Made by a program: the position numbers and the translations under genes. A stretch of 64,000 nt of DNA from Candidatus Ozemobacteraceae bacterium (GTDB taxonomy: Bacteria > Muiribacteriota > Ozemobacteria > Ozemobacterales > Ozemobacteraceae), in NCBI GenBank assembly GCA_035373905.1, contig DAOSOK010000004.1, forward strand, positions 33,271 to 97,270, given 5' to 3'. The stretch's first letter is position 1; each line of letters starts with the position of its first letter. A model generated the notes under the pieces. The model was not told the origin of the DNA, made no database searches, and saw only the letters and a list, made by a program, of their open reading frames with translations. Positions 30,309-39,006 of this stretch are shown here, in pieces.

Positions 30309-30799
30309 TCGCCAGACGCGTCTCGAAGCGAGGATTCATCGCGTTCTACTCGTTCATCCTGCTGCTCATCCTGGGCATTTTCGGCATTTCCTACTGGGCC
30401 GTCTCGCGACTCTCGACGAGCGGCATCGTCCAGGAGGCCGGCCGCATTCGCGCGAGATGCCTCGCCCAGGCGGGCGTCGAGAAGGTGATGATCAACATCG
30501 TCAACCAGTATCGCCTGGGCAACCGCAACCTCGCATACCCCGGCAAATTCAGCCGGGACCGCACCGACAAGGAATACAACGTCGAGTTCGGGGACGGTTC
30601 GTACCGGGTCGAATCGGTCCAGCCCTACACGGCGCCGGGAAGCAGCAAGGTCATGACGCAGGTGCCGTATTACCAGCGCCAGACGGCCATTGGGACCTAC
30701 GACATCTGGAAGATCGTCGTCGTCGGCGAAGTGCCGGAAGGCGCACAGGCGCGGGTCGAGACGCTCGTCAAGATCATCAGGCAGTATGCCCGATACTGA
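30305..30799 (+). CDS. small membrane-anchored pseudopilin-like protein (non-canonical prepilin signal)
   Basis: The ATG at 30305 overlaps the upstream stop. KRGFIAFYSFILLLILGIFGISYW hydrophobic N-terminus; gene order is that of minor pilin sets. Confidence 0.4.
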   Translation: MIARRVSKRGFIAFYSFILLLILGIFGISYWAVSRLSTSGIVQEAGRIRARCLAQAGVEKVMINIVNQYRLGNRNLAYPGKFSRDRTDKEYNVEFGDGSYRVESVQPYTAPGSSKVMTQVPYYQRQTAIGTYDIWKIVVVGEVPEGAQARVETLVKIIRQYARY

Positions 30800-30825
30800 C
30801 GGGCGAAGTCGCGGGAGGAAAATAT

Positions 30826-32139
30826 ATGGCTACATATAAAAATGCGTTTCGGGGCGCTGCCCGTGCCGCGTTTCTCGGAGGCTTCCTACTCGCTTCCGTC
30901 GCGGGAGCGGGGGCGGCGGACGACGGGCCCCGGTTCAGCGGGTTTTCCGCCAAGGTTTCCGGCGACATCTACGGCCAGCCGCGGGTCATCGAGGACATGG
31001 ACGGGGACGGAAAGCAGGACCTGATCTTCGGCGCCACGGACGGCAAGGTGCATATCTACTCGTCGAGCGGCAAGGAGATCATCAGGCCGCCGAACTGGCC
31101 GAAACAGACGGGAGCCCCGATCCTTTCCGATGTGTCGGTCGCCGACCTCGACAACGACGGGAGCTCCGAGATCATCGTCAGCTCGCTGAACGGAAAGGTC
31201 TACTGCATGGACCGCCGGGGCGTGCAGAAATGGGAAGTCAACACCCGCGGCACGATCCGCCTCTCGTCCCCCGAGGTCGCCGACGTCGACGGGACGGGGA
31301 ACATGTCCGTCTTTATCGGATCGAAAGCGGGCACCGTGAGCCGGATCGACAAGGACGGGCGGCTGATCTGGGAGGTCCCGATGTCGACCTCCGTCTCGTC
31401 GCGCGTCGTCGCCGCCGACATCAACGGCGACGGCACCAAGGAGCTGGTCGCGAAGGACGACAACGGGAAGGTCACGGTCCTGAACATGCGCGGTTCCGCG
31501 GAGAGCGGCTGGCCCCAGTCGACGGTCCCGAACCTGACCTGGCCCTTCGAGGTCGGTGCGGGCGACATCAACGGCGACGGCATCAAGGAGATCTTCACGA
31601 CGACTCCGGAAAAAAAGTTTCTGATATGGAACAGGGACGGCAGCCTCCGGACGCAGTTCGGCCTTTCCGACGCGTCCCACTCGGCTCCCCGCCTCGCGGA
31701 CCTGAACGGGGACGGCCGCGACGAGTTCGTCATCGGCCAGGCGGACGGGGTGGTGATGGTGTGTGATCGCGACGGCAAACCGCTTCCCGGGTGGCCATTC
31801 AAGACCAGACATTCGATCTATCACACGCCGCAGGTGATCGACGTCGACGGCGACGGCCGGCTCGACGTGGTGTTCACGGCCTGGAACCCCGAAGGCGTGG
31901 GCAAACAGGCGGGATACGTGATGGCGCTGGGTCGTGACGGGACCCCGCTCCGCGGGTATCCGAAATACATCGGGAAATCCATCGCCCCGCTGACCTTTGC
32001 CGATCTCGACGACGACGGGTATCTCGAGATGATCGCCGCGGGCGGCATCAACTACACCGACGATCAGCTTCACGTCTTCCCGACCGGCGCCCGCGTGCAG
32101 ATCCGGCTGGCGATTCTCGGCAGCGAGGTATCCTTCTGA
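30826..32139 (+). CDS. FG-GAP/VCBS-like beta-propeller repeat protein, secreted
   Basis: The ATG at 30826 follows GGGAGGAAAATAT. Signal peptide, then seven repeats of D-x-D/N-G-D-G-x-x-E (DMDGDGKQD, DLDNDGSSE, DVDGTGNMS, DINGDGTKE, DINGDGIKE, DLNGDGRDE, DVDGDGRLD). Confidence 0.65.
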   Translation: MATYKNAFRGAARAAFLGGFLLASVAGAGAADDGPRFSGFSAKVSGDIYGQPRVIEDMDGDGKQDLIFGATDGKVHIYSSSGKEIIRPPNWPKQTGAPILSDVSVADLDNDGSSEIIVSSLNGKVYCMDRRGVQKWEVNTRGTIRLSSPEVADVDGTGNMSVFIGSKAGTVSRIDKDGRLIWEVPMSTSVSSRVVAADINGDGTKELVAKDDNGKVTVLNMRGSAESGWPQSTVPNLTWPFEVGAGDINGDGIKEIFTTTPEKKFLIWNRDGSLRTQFGLSDASHSAPRLADLNGDGRDEFVIGQADGVVMVCDRDGKPLPGWPFKTRHSIYHTPQVIDVDGDGRLDVVFTAWNPEGVGKQAGYVMALGRDGTPLRGYPKYIGKSIAPLTFADLDDDGYLEMIAAGGINYTDDQLHVFPTGARVQIRLAILGSEVSF

Positions 32140-33497
32140 TGCGGTTCGTCCCCTTTCCCGCTTGGCGCAGGGCTTTCCTGGCGGCGCTCTGCGCGGCTTC
32201 GGTGTGCGCCGGGGGCGCATGCGCCCAGGAAGAGGATGACGTCCGCGAGTTCCTGACCAAGGGGCAGGTTTGCTACCAGAAACGCGACCTGGCGGGTGCC
32301 GCGCTCGAGTTCGAGAACGTGCTCCTCCTCGATCCGGCGAATTTCGAGGCGTCGATCTGGCTGGCCCAGATCTATGCCGACCAGAAGAACATGTTCAAGG
32401 CCCGGCAGATGCTCCAGCAGGCGAAACGGATCATGCCGACGCACGCCCGCGTGATCGCGCTCGAGAAACTGTTCGGTGCCGACAAGCCTCGGGTCTCGAA
32501 AAAGGAAACCGACCTGGTGATGCACGAGGCGCTGACCCTGCTCGGTTCGGGAACGAACCTGCGGCCATACGGCCTCGTCGTGCCCGAGCGGAAGGTCCGG
32601 GCCGCCGGCGTCCAGTCCTCGACGATGGCCGCGTTCGAGGACGTGGAAATTGCGATCGAACCCTCGCTCGGAACGGCCCCGGCGAACGCTCCTGCCGGTA
32701 TCGACGCGTTCGCGAAGGAGGAGGGACCGCTCGCCCCCGTGTTCGAGGCGCGGACGGTCGAGGGACTGGCGAAGGCGCTCGACGTCTATTTTGAGATCGT
32801 CGGGAAGGACAAAACCCTCGTCGAACAGGATGACAAGGGCTTGCTCACCGAGGGAATCGCGTTCTACGAGCCGAAACTCCGCGCGAATGCCAGCGACACC
32901 GAGGCCGTTTTCTATTACGGCATGATCCAGTTCTACAACGGGGCGGTCGAAGAAGCGTTCAAACTCCTCGAGCCCCTGCGTGACAACGAGACGCCCTACG
33001 GCGACCGGCTCCAGGTCGTCTGGAATGAGATCGACAAACGGAGACGCGAGGAGGAAGCCCGCCGCGAAGCCCTCAGGCGCGAGGAGGAGGCCCGCGAAGC
33101 CGCCCGCATCGCCGCCGCCGAACAGGCCGCCGCCGCGTCCGCCGCGATCGCCGCCGCCGCAGGAAGCGCTCCCGCCGGAACCGTCGCCTCCGCCTCGAAC
33201 CCTGCTGACGCCCTTCACGCCGAAGGCTACGAACTGTACAAGAAGGGCCAGGTCGATGCCGCGATCGAGAGGTTCAATACCGCCATCAGCCGCAACCCGA
33301 ACGAACCGAATTACCACTACCACCTCGGCCTCGCCCTCACGGACAAGGGACTCGGGGGGCAATACGACGCATTTGACCGGGCGATCGAGTCGTTCAACCG
33401 CGTTCTGCGCCTCGCCCCGCCCGGCGAAAAACTCGCGAAAGACGCCGAAGCCATGGTTCGCGACATCACCGCCGCCAAAAACACCCTCAAACGCTGA
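32139..33497 (+). CDS. secreted TPR-repeat protein with a central Glu/Arg/Ala-rich coiled-coil region
   Basis: Signal peptide; TPR-like motifs (GAALEFENVLLLDPANFEASIWLAQIY; ...LHAEGYELYKKGQVDAAIERFNTAISRNPNEPNYHYHLGLAL). Confidence 0.6.
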   Translation: MRFVPFPAWRRAFLAALCAASVCAGGACAQEEDDVREFLTKGQVCYQKRDLAGAALEFENVLLLDPANFEASIWLAQIYADQKNMFKARQMLQQAKRIMPTHARVIALEKLFGADKPRVSKKETDLVMHEALTLLGSGTNLRPYGLVVPERKVRAAGVQSSTMAAFEDVEIAIEPSLGTAPANAPAGIDAFAKEEGPLAPVFEARTVEGLAKALDVYFEIVGKDKTLVEQDDKGLLTEGIAFYEPKLRANASDTEAVFYYGMIQFYNGAVEEAFKLLEPLRDNETPYGDRLQVVWNEIDKRRREEEARREALRREEEAREAARIAAAEQAAAASAAIAAAAGSAPAGTVASASNPADALHAEGYELYKKGQVDAAIERFNTAISRNPNEPNYHYHLGLALTDKGLGGQYDAFDRAIESFNRVLRLAPPGEKLAKDAEAMVRDITAAKNTLKR

Positions 33498-33670
33498 ACC
33501 CCGAAGATTCAGAACGCCCCCCAGGGAAACGGCCACAGACGTTTATCCCGGGGACATCCCGCGATGTATTCGTGGGAAGGAAATTCTTTCGAACTCTTCG
33601 GTTTTGCGGCACAGCGGTTCGTTGTATCATGCAAAGGCCAAAAAGATCGGTTGCGGTCGGGGATTTGTGA

Positions 33671-33676
33671 TATACT
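33671..33676 (+). promoter_or_regulatory. extended -10 promoter element (TGtgaTATACT) for the 33707 gene
   Basis: The identical gTGaTATACT decamer as upstream of glmM, 31 nt upstream of the ATG. Confidence 0.3.
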
Positions 33677-33706
33677 TTCCGCGTTTGCCACAAGGAGAGA
33701 GTCGAG

Positions 33707-34450
33707 ATGGGTGTGACAACGAAACACAATCGCGGCCAGGAAATTTCCCCTGACCTCGATGCCGGTGAAAACGGCGTCGCCGTCGAGGTGCCGGTGACCC
33801 GCCCCTTCGAAGGGTACACCTACATCCGCAAGGAATGGGTCGACCAGGAAGACGGGATCGAGAAGGTCACTTTCAACATGACGCTCGGGCCGGTCAATCT
33901 TCCCGCCGACTGGAGCCGCACCCAGACGTTCGTCATGATGCCGGAATGGGGCACGTCCCCCCTCCGCCGCACCTGGATCGTGAGACTGCCGACGCATCTC
34001 GAAGGGCACGAACAATATCTTTTCCACTATTTTTTTCAGACCTACTATGCGAACGGTGAGGAGCGCGTCAGCAGCATGTTCGCCCAGTTGATCCAGCCGC
34101 GCGAGATCGAGTATATCGATTACGGAGGCGAGCTCGTCAACGTTCGTCTCCACTGGAGCGTCGGCGACTGGGCATACGCGCAGGACACCGAACTCGAGGT
34201 AGACGGCATCGAGTGGGGAAGCGAATTTTCCGTCAGCAGCGCGCCCTATCGCGCCAAAGACCGTCTGTATCAGAATGGCCGCACCCTCGTGATGCGCCGT
34301 CTGCCCGTTCCGCGAAGGTTTCACGGCCTGATCTGGGCCCCGAAGGGCGCCGAGGTCCGCTTTTGCTTCCAGCTCGTGCGGCACCGCCCCGACGGCCAGG
34401 ACCTGCTGTGGGACAACAATTTCGGTAAAGATTACTCTCTGACCATCTAA
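33707..34450 (+). CDS. hypothetical protein (247 aa, Trp/Tyr-rich; no family recognised)
   Basis: Good RBS (AGGAGAGAG). The protein has no evident signal peptide. Confidence 0.45.
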   Translation: MGVTTKHNRGQEISPDLDAGENGVAVEVPVTRPFEGYTYIRKEWVDQEDGIEKVTFNMTLGPVNLPADWSRTQTFVMMPEWGTSPLRRTWIVRLPTHLEGHEQYLFHYFFQTYYANGEERVSSMFAQLIQPREIEYIDYGGELVNVRLHWSVGDWAYAQDTELEVDGIEWGSEFSVSSAPYRAKDRLYQNGRTLVMRRLPVPRRFHGLIWAPKGAEVRFCFQLVRHRPDGQDLLWDNNFGKDYSLTI

Positions 34451-34471
34451 TCGGCGAGGAGACCGTCACCC

Positions 34472-35038
34472 ATGAGACACCCCGACATTCTTACCCGCGA
34501 AGGCGCCGTCCTTCTCATCACCGATGTACAGAAGAAGTGCATCAAGCCCATCTACCGCAAGGAACCGATGATCAACAATATCAAGACCCTCGTTTCCTAC
34601 GCCGGCATGATCGGCCTGCCCATCCTCCTCACCGAACTGGCTCCCCAGACGTTCGGCGGAACGATCGAAGAGATCAAGAAGCTGATTCCGCGTCTCGAGC
34701 CGATCAAACGCAGCCGCTACAGCGCCTTCGGCAGCGAAGATCTGACCCTGCGACTCGAGGCGATGAACACCAATACCCTCGTCGTGGTCGGCATGGAGAC
34801 CCACGTGTCGGTCTGCCAGACCGTGCTCGATGCGCTGACCCGCGGCTTCCGCGTTCACGTCGTGCTCGACGCGTCCAGCTCGCGCCGCAAGGTCGACTGG
34901 AAAGTGTCGCTCGAGAAGATGCGCCGCGCCGGCGCCATCGTGACGACGATGGAACTCGTGATGCACGAAATGATCGAGCGCGTCGACGTGCCGCAGTTCG
35001 ACAAGTTCCAGGAGCTGCTGAGCAACATCGGCCGCTGA
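34472..35038 (+). CDS. isochorismatase-family cysteine hydrolase
   Basis: GAVLLITDVQ (catalytic Asp), ..K.., and the Cys nucleophile context TLVVVGMETHVSVCQTVLDA; GAGGAG RBS. Confidence 0.75.
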   Translation: MRHPDILTREGAVLLITDVQKKCIKPIYRKEPMINNIKTLVSYAGMIGLPILLTELAPQTFGGTIEEIKKLIPRLEPIKRSRYSAFGSEDLTLRLEAMNTNTLVVVGMETHVSVCQTVLDALTRGFRVHVVLDASSSRRKVDWKVSLEKMRRAGAIVTTMELVMHEMIERVDVPQFDKFQELLSNIGR

Positions 35039-35050
35039 CGGCATTCGGAC

Positions 35051-35821
35051 ATGACGATGCCGATCGACGATGCCGCCGTCATTTTCCTTATCGGCGGACT
35101 GGGAGCCGGAAAGACCGAGCTCGCGCTGAACCTCGCCATCCGGCGGGCGCGCAGGCTCGGTTCCGGCCGTTCCTATCTGCTCGATCTCGACATCGTCAAC
35201 CCCTTCTTCCGCGTCCGGCACCTGCGCGACGCCCTGACCCGCGAGGGCGTCAAGCTGATCGCGCCTGACGCGCAGGTGACCGCGAACGACATGCCGGCGA
35301 TTCCCGGCGCGGCGTTCGGCGTTCTCCAGAGCCCCGACACGGCCGTCGTGTGCGACGTGGGCGGGGGGGAACTCGGACTGCGCGTCCTCGGCCGGCTCGC
35401 CCAGCAGGCGGCGGCGAGAAAGGCGCGGACGTATTTCGTCATCAACCCCTTCAGGCCCGGTTTCACGAACCTCGACACGATGCGCCGCAGCTTCGAGATT
35501 CTCACCGAACTCTCGGCCCTGCAGGTGACGCATATCGTCGCAAACCCGCATCTGATCAATGAGACAACCCCCGACCTCTTCGCCGCAGGTCTCGAGAAGG
35601 TCCGGAATTTCGCATCGGGCATGAACCTGCCGATCGCGTTTTCCGTCGCGGCGCCGGCGCTCCTCAGACAGTTGCCGCACACGGCGGCGCAGCCGTCCGA
35701 CGAAGCACCCACGAATCTGGTAGAGTATGACGGACAGCCGCTCCTCGTGCTGGACCGTTACTGGGAAACACCCTGGATCATAGGAAAGGAACAGGAGGTA
35801 GCAACATGCCCAAATGGGTAA
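35051..35821 (+). CDS. P-loop NTPase with a deviant Walker A (MinD/ParA/CooC-like fold), function unknown
   Basis: IGGLGAGKTELALNLA near the N-terminus, an Asp-rich switch-like region (LLDLDIVNP), and DVGGG as a Walker B-like element. The 3' end overlaps the ferredoxin-subunit gene by 16 nt. Confidence 0.45.
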   Translation: MTMPIDDAAVIFLIGGLGAGKTELALNLAIRRARRLGSGRSYLLDLDIVNPFFRVRHLRDALTREGVKLIAPDAQVTANDMPAIPGAAFGVLQSPDTAVVCDVGGGELGLRVLGRLAQQAAARKARTYFVINPFRPGFTNLDTMRRSFEILTELSALQVTHIVANPHLINETTPDLFAAGLEKVRNFASGMNLPIAFSVAAPALLRQLPHTAAQPSDEAPTNLVEYDGQPLLVLDRYWETPWIIGKEQEVATCPNG

Positions 35822-36012
35822 TCAATGAAGACCTGTGCAAGGGTTGCGGGATCTGCATCGCCCGCTGTCCGCAGAAGGTGCTCGGCGTTTCCGACAACCT
35901 GTCTGCGAAGGGATACCACCCGACGAAAATGCTGAACGAAGAGAAGTGCACTTCGTGCGCGCTGTGCGGCCGAAGCTGTCCCGACGTGGCTATCGAAGTT
36001 TTCAAAGCCTGA
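35806..36012 (+). CDS. 2-oxoacid:ferredoxin oxidoreductase delta subunit (2x[4Fe-4S] ferredoxin)
   Basis: Two CxxCxxCxxxCP motifs (CKGCGICIARCP; CTSCALCGRSCP), 68 aa, AGGAGG RBS. Confidence 0.8.
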   Translation: MPKWVINEDLCKGCGICIARCPQKVLGVSDNLSAKGYHPTKMLNEEKCTSCALCGRSCPDVAIEVFKA

Positions 36013-36035
36013 ATCATCCAGAAACGGAGAGAACA

Positions 36036-37121
36036 ATGGCTGAAAAGATCCTGATGAAAGGCAACGAGGCGCTCGCCGAGGCCGCCGTCCTGGCCGGTTG
36101 CCGACACTATTTCGGATACCCCATCACCCCGCAGAGCGAGCTTCCCGAGTATCTCGCGAAGCGGCTTCCCGAGGTCGAAGGCGTGTTCCTTCAGGCCGAG
36201 AGCGAAATCGCGGCCATCAACATGGTCTACGGCGGCGCCAGCGCCGGCGCCCGCGTCATGACGAGCAGCAGCAGCCCCGGCATCAGCCTGAAGCAGGAAG
36301 GGATTTCCTACATCGCCGCGGCCGAGCTTCCCTGCGTCATCGTCAACGTGATGCGCGGCGGCCCGGGCCTCGGCAACATCTCGCCGGCCCAGTCCGACTA
36401 CTTCCAGGCCACCAAGGGCGGCGGCCACGGCGATTACCACCTGATCGTCCTGTCGCCCAACTCGGTCCAGGAAATGGCCGACATGACCGTCAAGGCGTTC
36501 GAGGCCGCCGACATCTTCAAGAACCCCGTCATGATCCTCAGCGACGGCGTTCTCGGCCAGATGATGGAGCCGGTCGTGCTGCCGGAGCCGACCGATTACG
36601 ACATCAACAGCAAAAAATGGGCGCTCGGCTACCGCGGCGCCGACAAGAAGGAACGCAACCTCGTCACGACGATCTTCATGAGCGTCGAGAACCTCGAGGA
36701 ACACAACTGGCACTTGTACCAGAAATATCAGTACATCCGCGACGAGTTCGAGAAAGGCTCCTGGAAAGATCTGTCGGTCGAAGAGCACGAGTGTGAAGAC
36801 GCCGACATCATCCTCGTCGGCTACGGCATCATCAGCCGCATCCTCAAAACCGTCGTCGAGAAGTGCCGCAAGCGGGGCATCAAGGCAGGCCTGCTGCGAC
36901 CCAAGTCGCTGTGGCCCTTCCCGAGCGGCCGCGTGGCCGAACTCGCGAAGAAGACGAAGCAGTTCCTCGTCGTCGAGATGTCGTGCGGCCAGATGGTCGA
37001 GGACGTCAAACTGGCGGTCGACGGAAAGAAGCCCGTCTACTTCTTCGGCCGAACCGGCGGAACCATCCCGTCAGACTTCGAGATTCTCACCGAAGTCGAC
37101 AAGATCGTGCGCCCCGACTGA
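36036..37121 (+). CDS. 2-oxoacid:ferredoxin oxidoreductase alpha subunit
   Basis: Internal ATG at 36036 with a GGAGAG RBS. POR/KOR alpha-subunit core (GNEALAEAAVLAGCRHYFGYPITPQSE ... NVMRGGPGLGNI). Confidence 0.85.
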   Translation: MAEKILMKGNEALAEAAVLAGCRHYFGYPITPQSELPEYLAKRLPEVEGVFLQAESEIAAINMVYGGASAGARVMTSSSSPGISLKQEGISYIAAAELPCVIVNVMRGGPGLGNISPAQSDYFQATKGGGHGDYHLIVLSPNSVQEMADMTVKAFEAADIFKNPVMILSDGVLGQMMEPVVLPEPTDYDINSKKWALGYRGADKKERNLVTTIFMSVENLEEHNWHLYQKYQYIRDEFEKGSWKDLSVEEHECEDADIILVGYGIISRILKTVVEKCRKRGIKAGLLRPKSLWPFPSGRVAELAKKTKQFLVVEMSCGQMVEDVKLAVDGKKPVYFFGRTGGTIPSDFEILTEVDKIVRPD

Positions 37122-37151
37122 CGGCGCCGCGCAAGAGAAGGAGCGAAGCAT

Positions 37152-37901
37152 ATGCAGAAAGTTTTCTCGCGGCCGCAGAGCCTGAGCGCGAATCCGACCC
37201 ATTACTGTCCCGGCTGCGACCACGGCGTCGTCCATCGTCTCGTGGCCGAATCCGTCGACGAACTCGGCCTGGCCGAACGCACGATCGGCGTCGCGCCGGT
37301 CGGTTGCTCGGTGTTCGCCTACGAATACTTCAACCTCGATTTCATCTCCGCCGCGCACGGCCGGGCCCCGGCCGTCGCAACCGGCATCAAGCGCTGCCGG
37401 CCCGACTCGATCGTCTTCACCTACCAGGGCGACGGCGACCTTGCCGCGATCGGCACCGCCGAGATCATTCACGCCGCCAACCGCGGCGAGAACATCTCGG
37501 TCGTGTTTATCAATAATGCCATCTATGGAATGACCGGCGGCCAGATGGCCCCGACCACCCTGATCGGCATGAAGACTGCCACCTCGCCGTACGGCCGCGA
37601 TGCGTCCCTCTCCGGCAATCCGATCAAGATGTCCGAGATGATCGCCGTTCTCGACGCGCCGGCCTATGTAACGCGGGTGACGATCAACACCCCGGCCAAC
37701 CTGATGAAGGCGAAAAAGGCGATCAAGAACGCCTTCCAGCTCCAGAAGGACGGCAAGGGCTTCTCGTTCGTCGAAGTGCTGTGCATCTGCCCCACCAACT
37801 GGGGCAAGCCGCCCGTCGAGGCGCACAAGTGGCTGGCCGAGAACATGATTCCGGTCTTCCCGCTGGGCACCTTCAAGGACAAGCACAAGATCGAGGCCTG
37901 A
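37152..37901 (+). CDS. 2-oxoacid:ferredoxin oxidoreductase beta subunit (TPP-binding)
   Basis: HYCPGCDHG Cys cluster, and GDGD...N TPP motif (FTYQGDGDLAAIGTAEIIHAANRGENISVVFINNAIYGMTGGQ). Confidence 0.85.
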   Translation: MQKVFSRPQSLSANPTHYCPGCDHGVVHRLVAESVDELGLAERTIGVAPVGCSVFAYEYFNLDFISAAHGRAPAVATGIKRCRPDSIVFTYQGDGDLAAIGTAEIIHAANRGENISVVFINNAIYGMTGGQMAPTTLIGMKTATSPYGRDASLSGNPIKMSEMIAVLDAPAYVTRVTINTPANLMKAKKAIKNAFQLQKDGKGFSFVEVLCICPTNWGKPPVEAHKWLAENMIPVFPLGTFKDKHKIEA

Positions 37902-38102
37902 GTTCCGCGGCCGGCCGCGCATGCCTCACGGCATCGCATCCCGTCATCGAGAGACATGGGCGACCCGCAAGGGTCGCCCGTTCTCATCAGGCCGGAAAAC
38001 CGCACGCCATTCCGCGGTGCATCCCGCGTTGTTCGCAGGGGCGCATCGCGATGCGACCGCTCTCCGGCAAATATAGAATATAAAATATTAACAGGAGAAT
38101 AT

Positions 38103-38657
38103 ATGAAAGCCATGCAGGGAAAGGAAGAGGTCATCATGGCCGGGTTCGGCGGCCAGGGCGTGCTGTTTCTGGGCAAGGTCGTCGCCGAGGTCGGCATGGC
38201 GGCCGGGAAGAACGTCTCGTGGCTGCCCTCCTACGGCCCCGAGATGCGCGGCGGCACCGCCAACTGCTCGGTCGTCATCTCCGAGGAGCCGATCGCGTCT
38301 CCGATCGTGAACGAGCCCGACATGCTGATCGCCATGAACCGTCCCTCCGTCACGAAGTTCCTGCCGAAGGTCAAGAAGGGCGGCGTCATGATCTACAACT
38401 CGAGCCTGATCCCCGCCGAGACATACCGCGACGACGTGACGGTCATCCCCGTGCCCGCCAGCAAAATCGCCGGCGATCTCGGCAGCGAGCGCGTCGCCAA
38501 CGTCGTCATGGCCGGCGCCTTCCTGCGCGCCTGCCCCGTCATGACCCTCGAGCAGGCCCTGAAGCAGATCGAACACCTGACCCCCGCGAAGAAGAAAGAC
38601 CTGCTCGACCTCAACAAGACCGCCTTCACGAAAGGCTACGAATACACGCATCAGTGA
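38103..38657 (+). CDS. 2-oxoacid:ferredoxin oxidoreductase gamma subunit
   Basis: Internal ATG at 38103 after AGGAGAATAT; [13 protein letters not shown]...[13 protein letters not shown] signature of the gamma subunit. Confidence 0.85.
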   Translation: MKAMQGKEEVIMAGFGGQGVLFLGKVVAEVGMAAGKNVSWLPSYGPEMRGGTANCSVVISEEPIASPIVNEPDMLIAMNRPSVTKFLPKVKKGGVMIYNSSLIPAETYRDDVTVIPVPASKIAGDLGSERVANVVMAGAFLRACPVMTLEQALKQIEHLTPAKKKDLLDLNKTAFTKGYEYTHQ

Positions 38658-38725
38658 CATGCCGGCCCCACCGCCCGTGATTTCCACGGCGCGGTGGGGA
38701 TGGCCCTGACGGAACGATGCGCCTG

Positions 38726-38754
38726 TTGCTCTCTTCGCACCAGATGGGTATACT
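38726..38754 (+). promoter_or_regulatory. sigma70-like promoter (TTGCTC-17 nt-TATACT) upstream of the ABC-F gene
   Basis: The -35/-10 hexamers have a 17-nt spacer. The predicted transcript start gives a roughly 245-nt leader before the 39007 ATG. Confidence 0.4.
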
Positions 38755-39006
38755 CGAGACGATCACTGGCGAATGTGCCGGTTTCGGAGGAGGGGCTGGG
38801 GTTGAAGAACTGAGACGGAAGCGCTGAAAACGATTGGAAGCGGGCTTTTTTCAGGCTCGTTGGCGCGTTCCGTCGTGGGTGAGACGCTCGAAGTGAAGCC
38901 CCACCTTCGTTCTTGCCCCTTCACATCAGCTGGAATTCGATGGAAGTTCCCCTGATGTCCTGACAGCGATACGGACCGCTCGGCCTGCCAGGAAGATGAG
39001 GGGTCA

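Noticed and set aside
38950-38973. 7-codon uORF MEVPLMS in the ABC-F leader as a confident leader peptide
   Set aside because: It has no clear RBS and is too short to judge. It is kept only as a speculative note inside the ABC-F finding, not as a feature.
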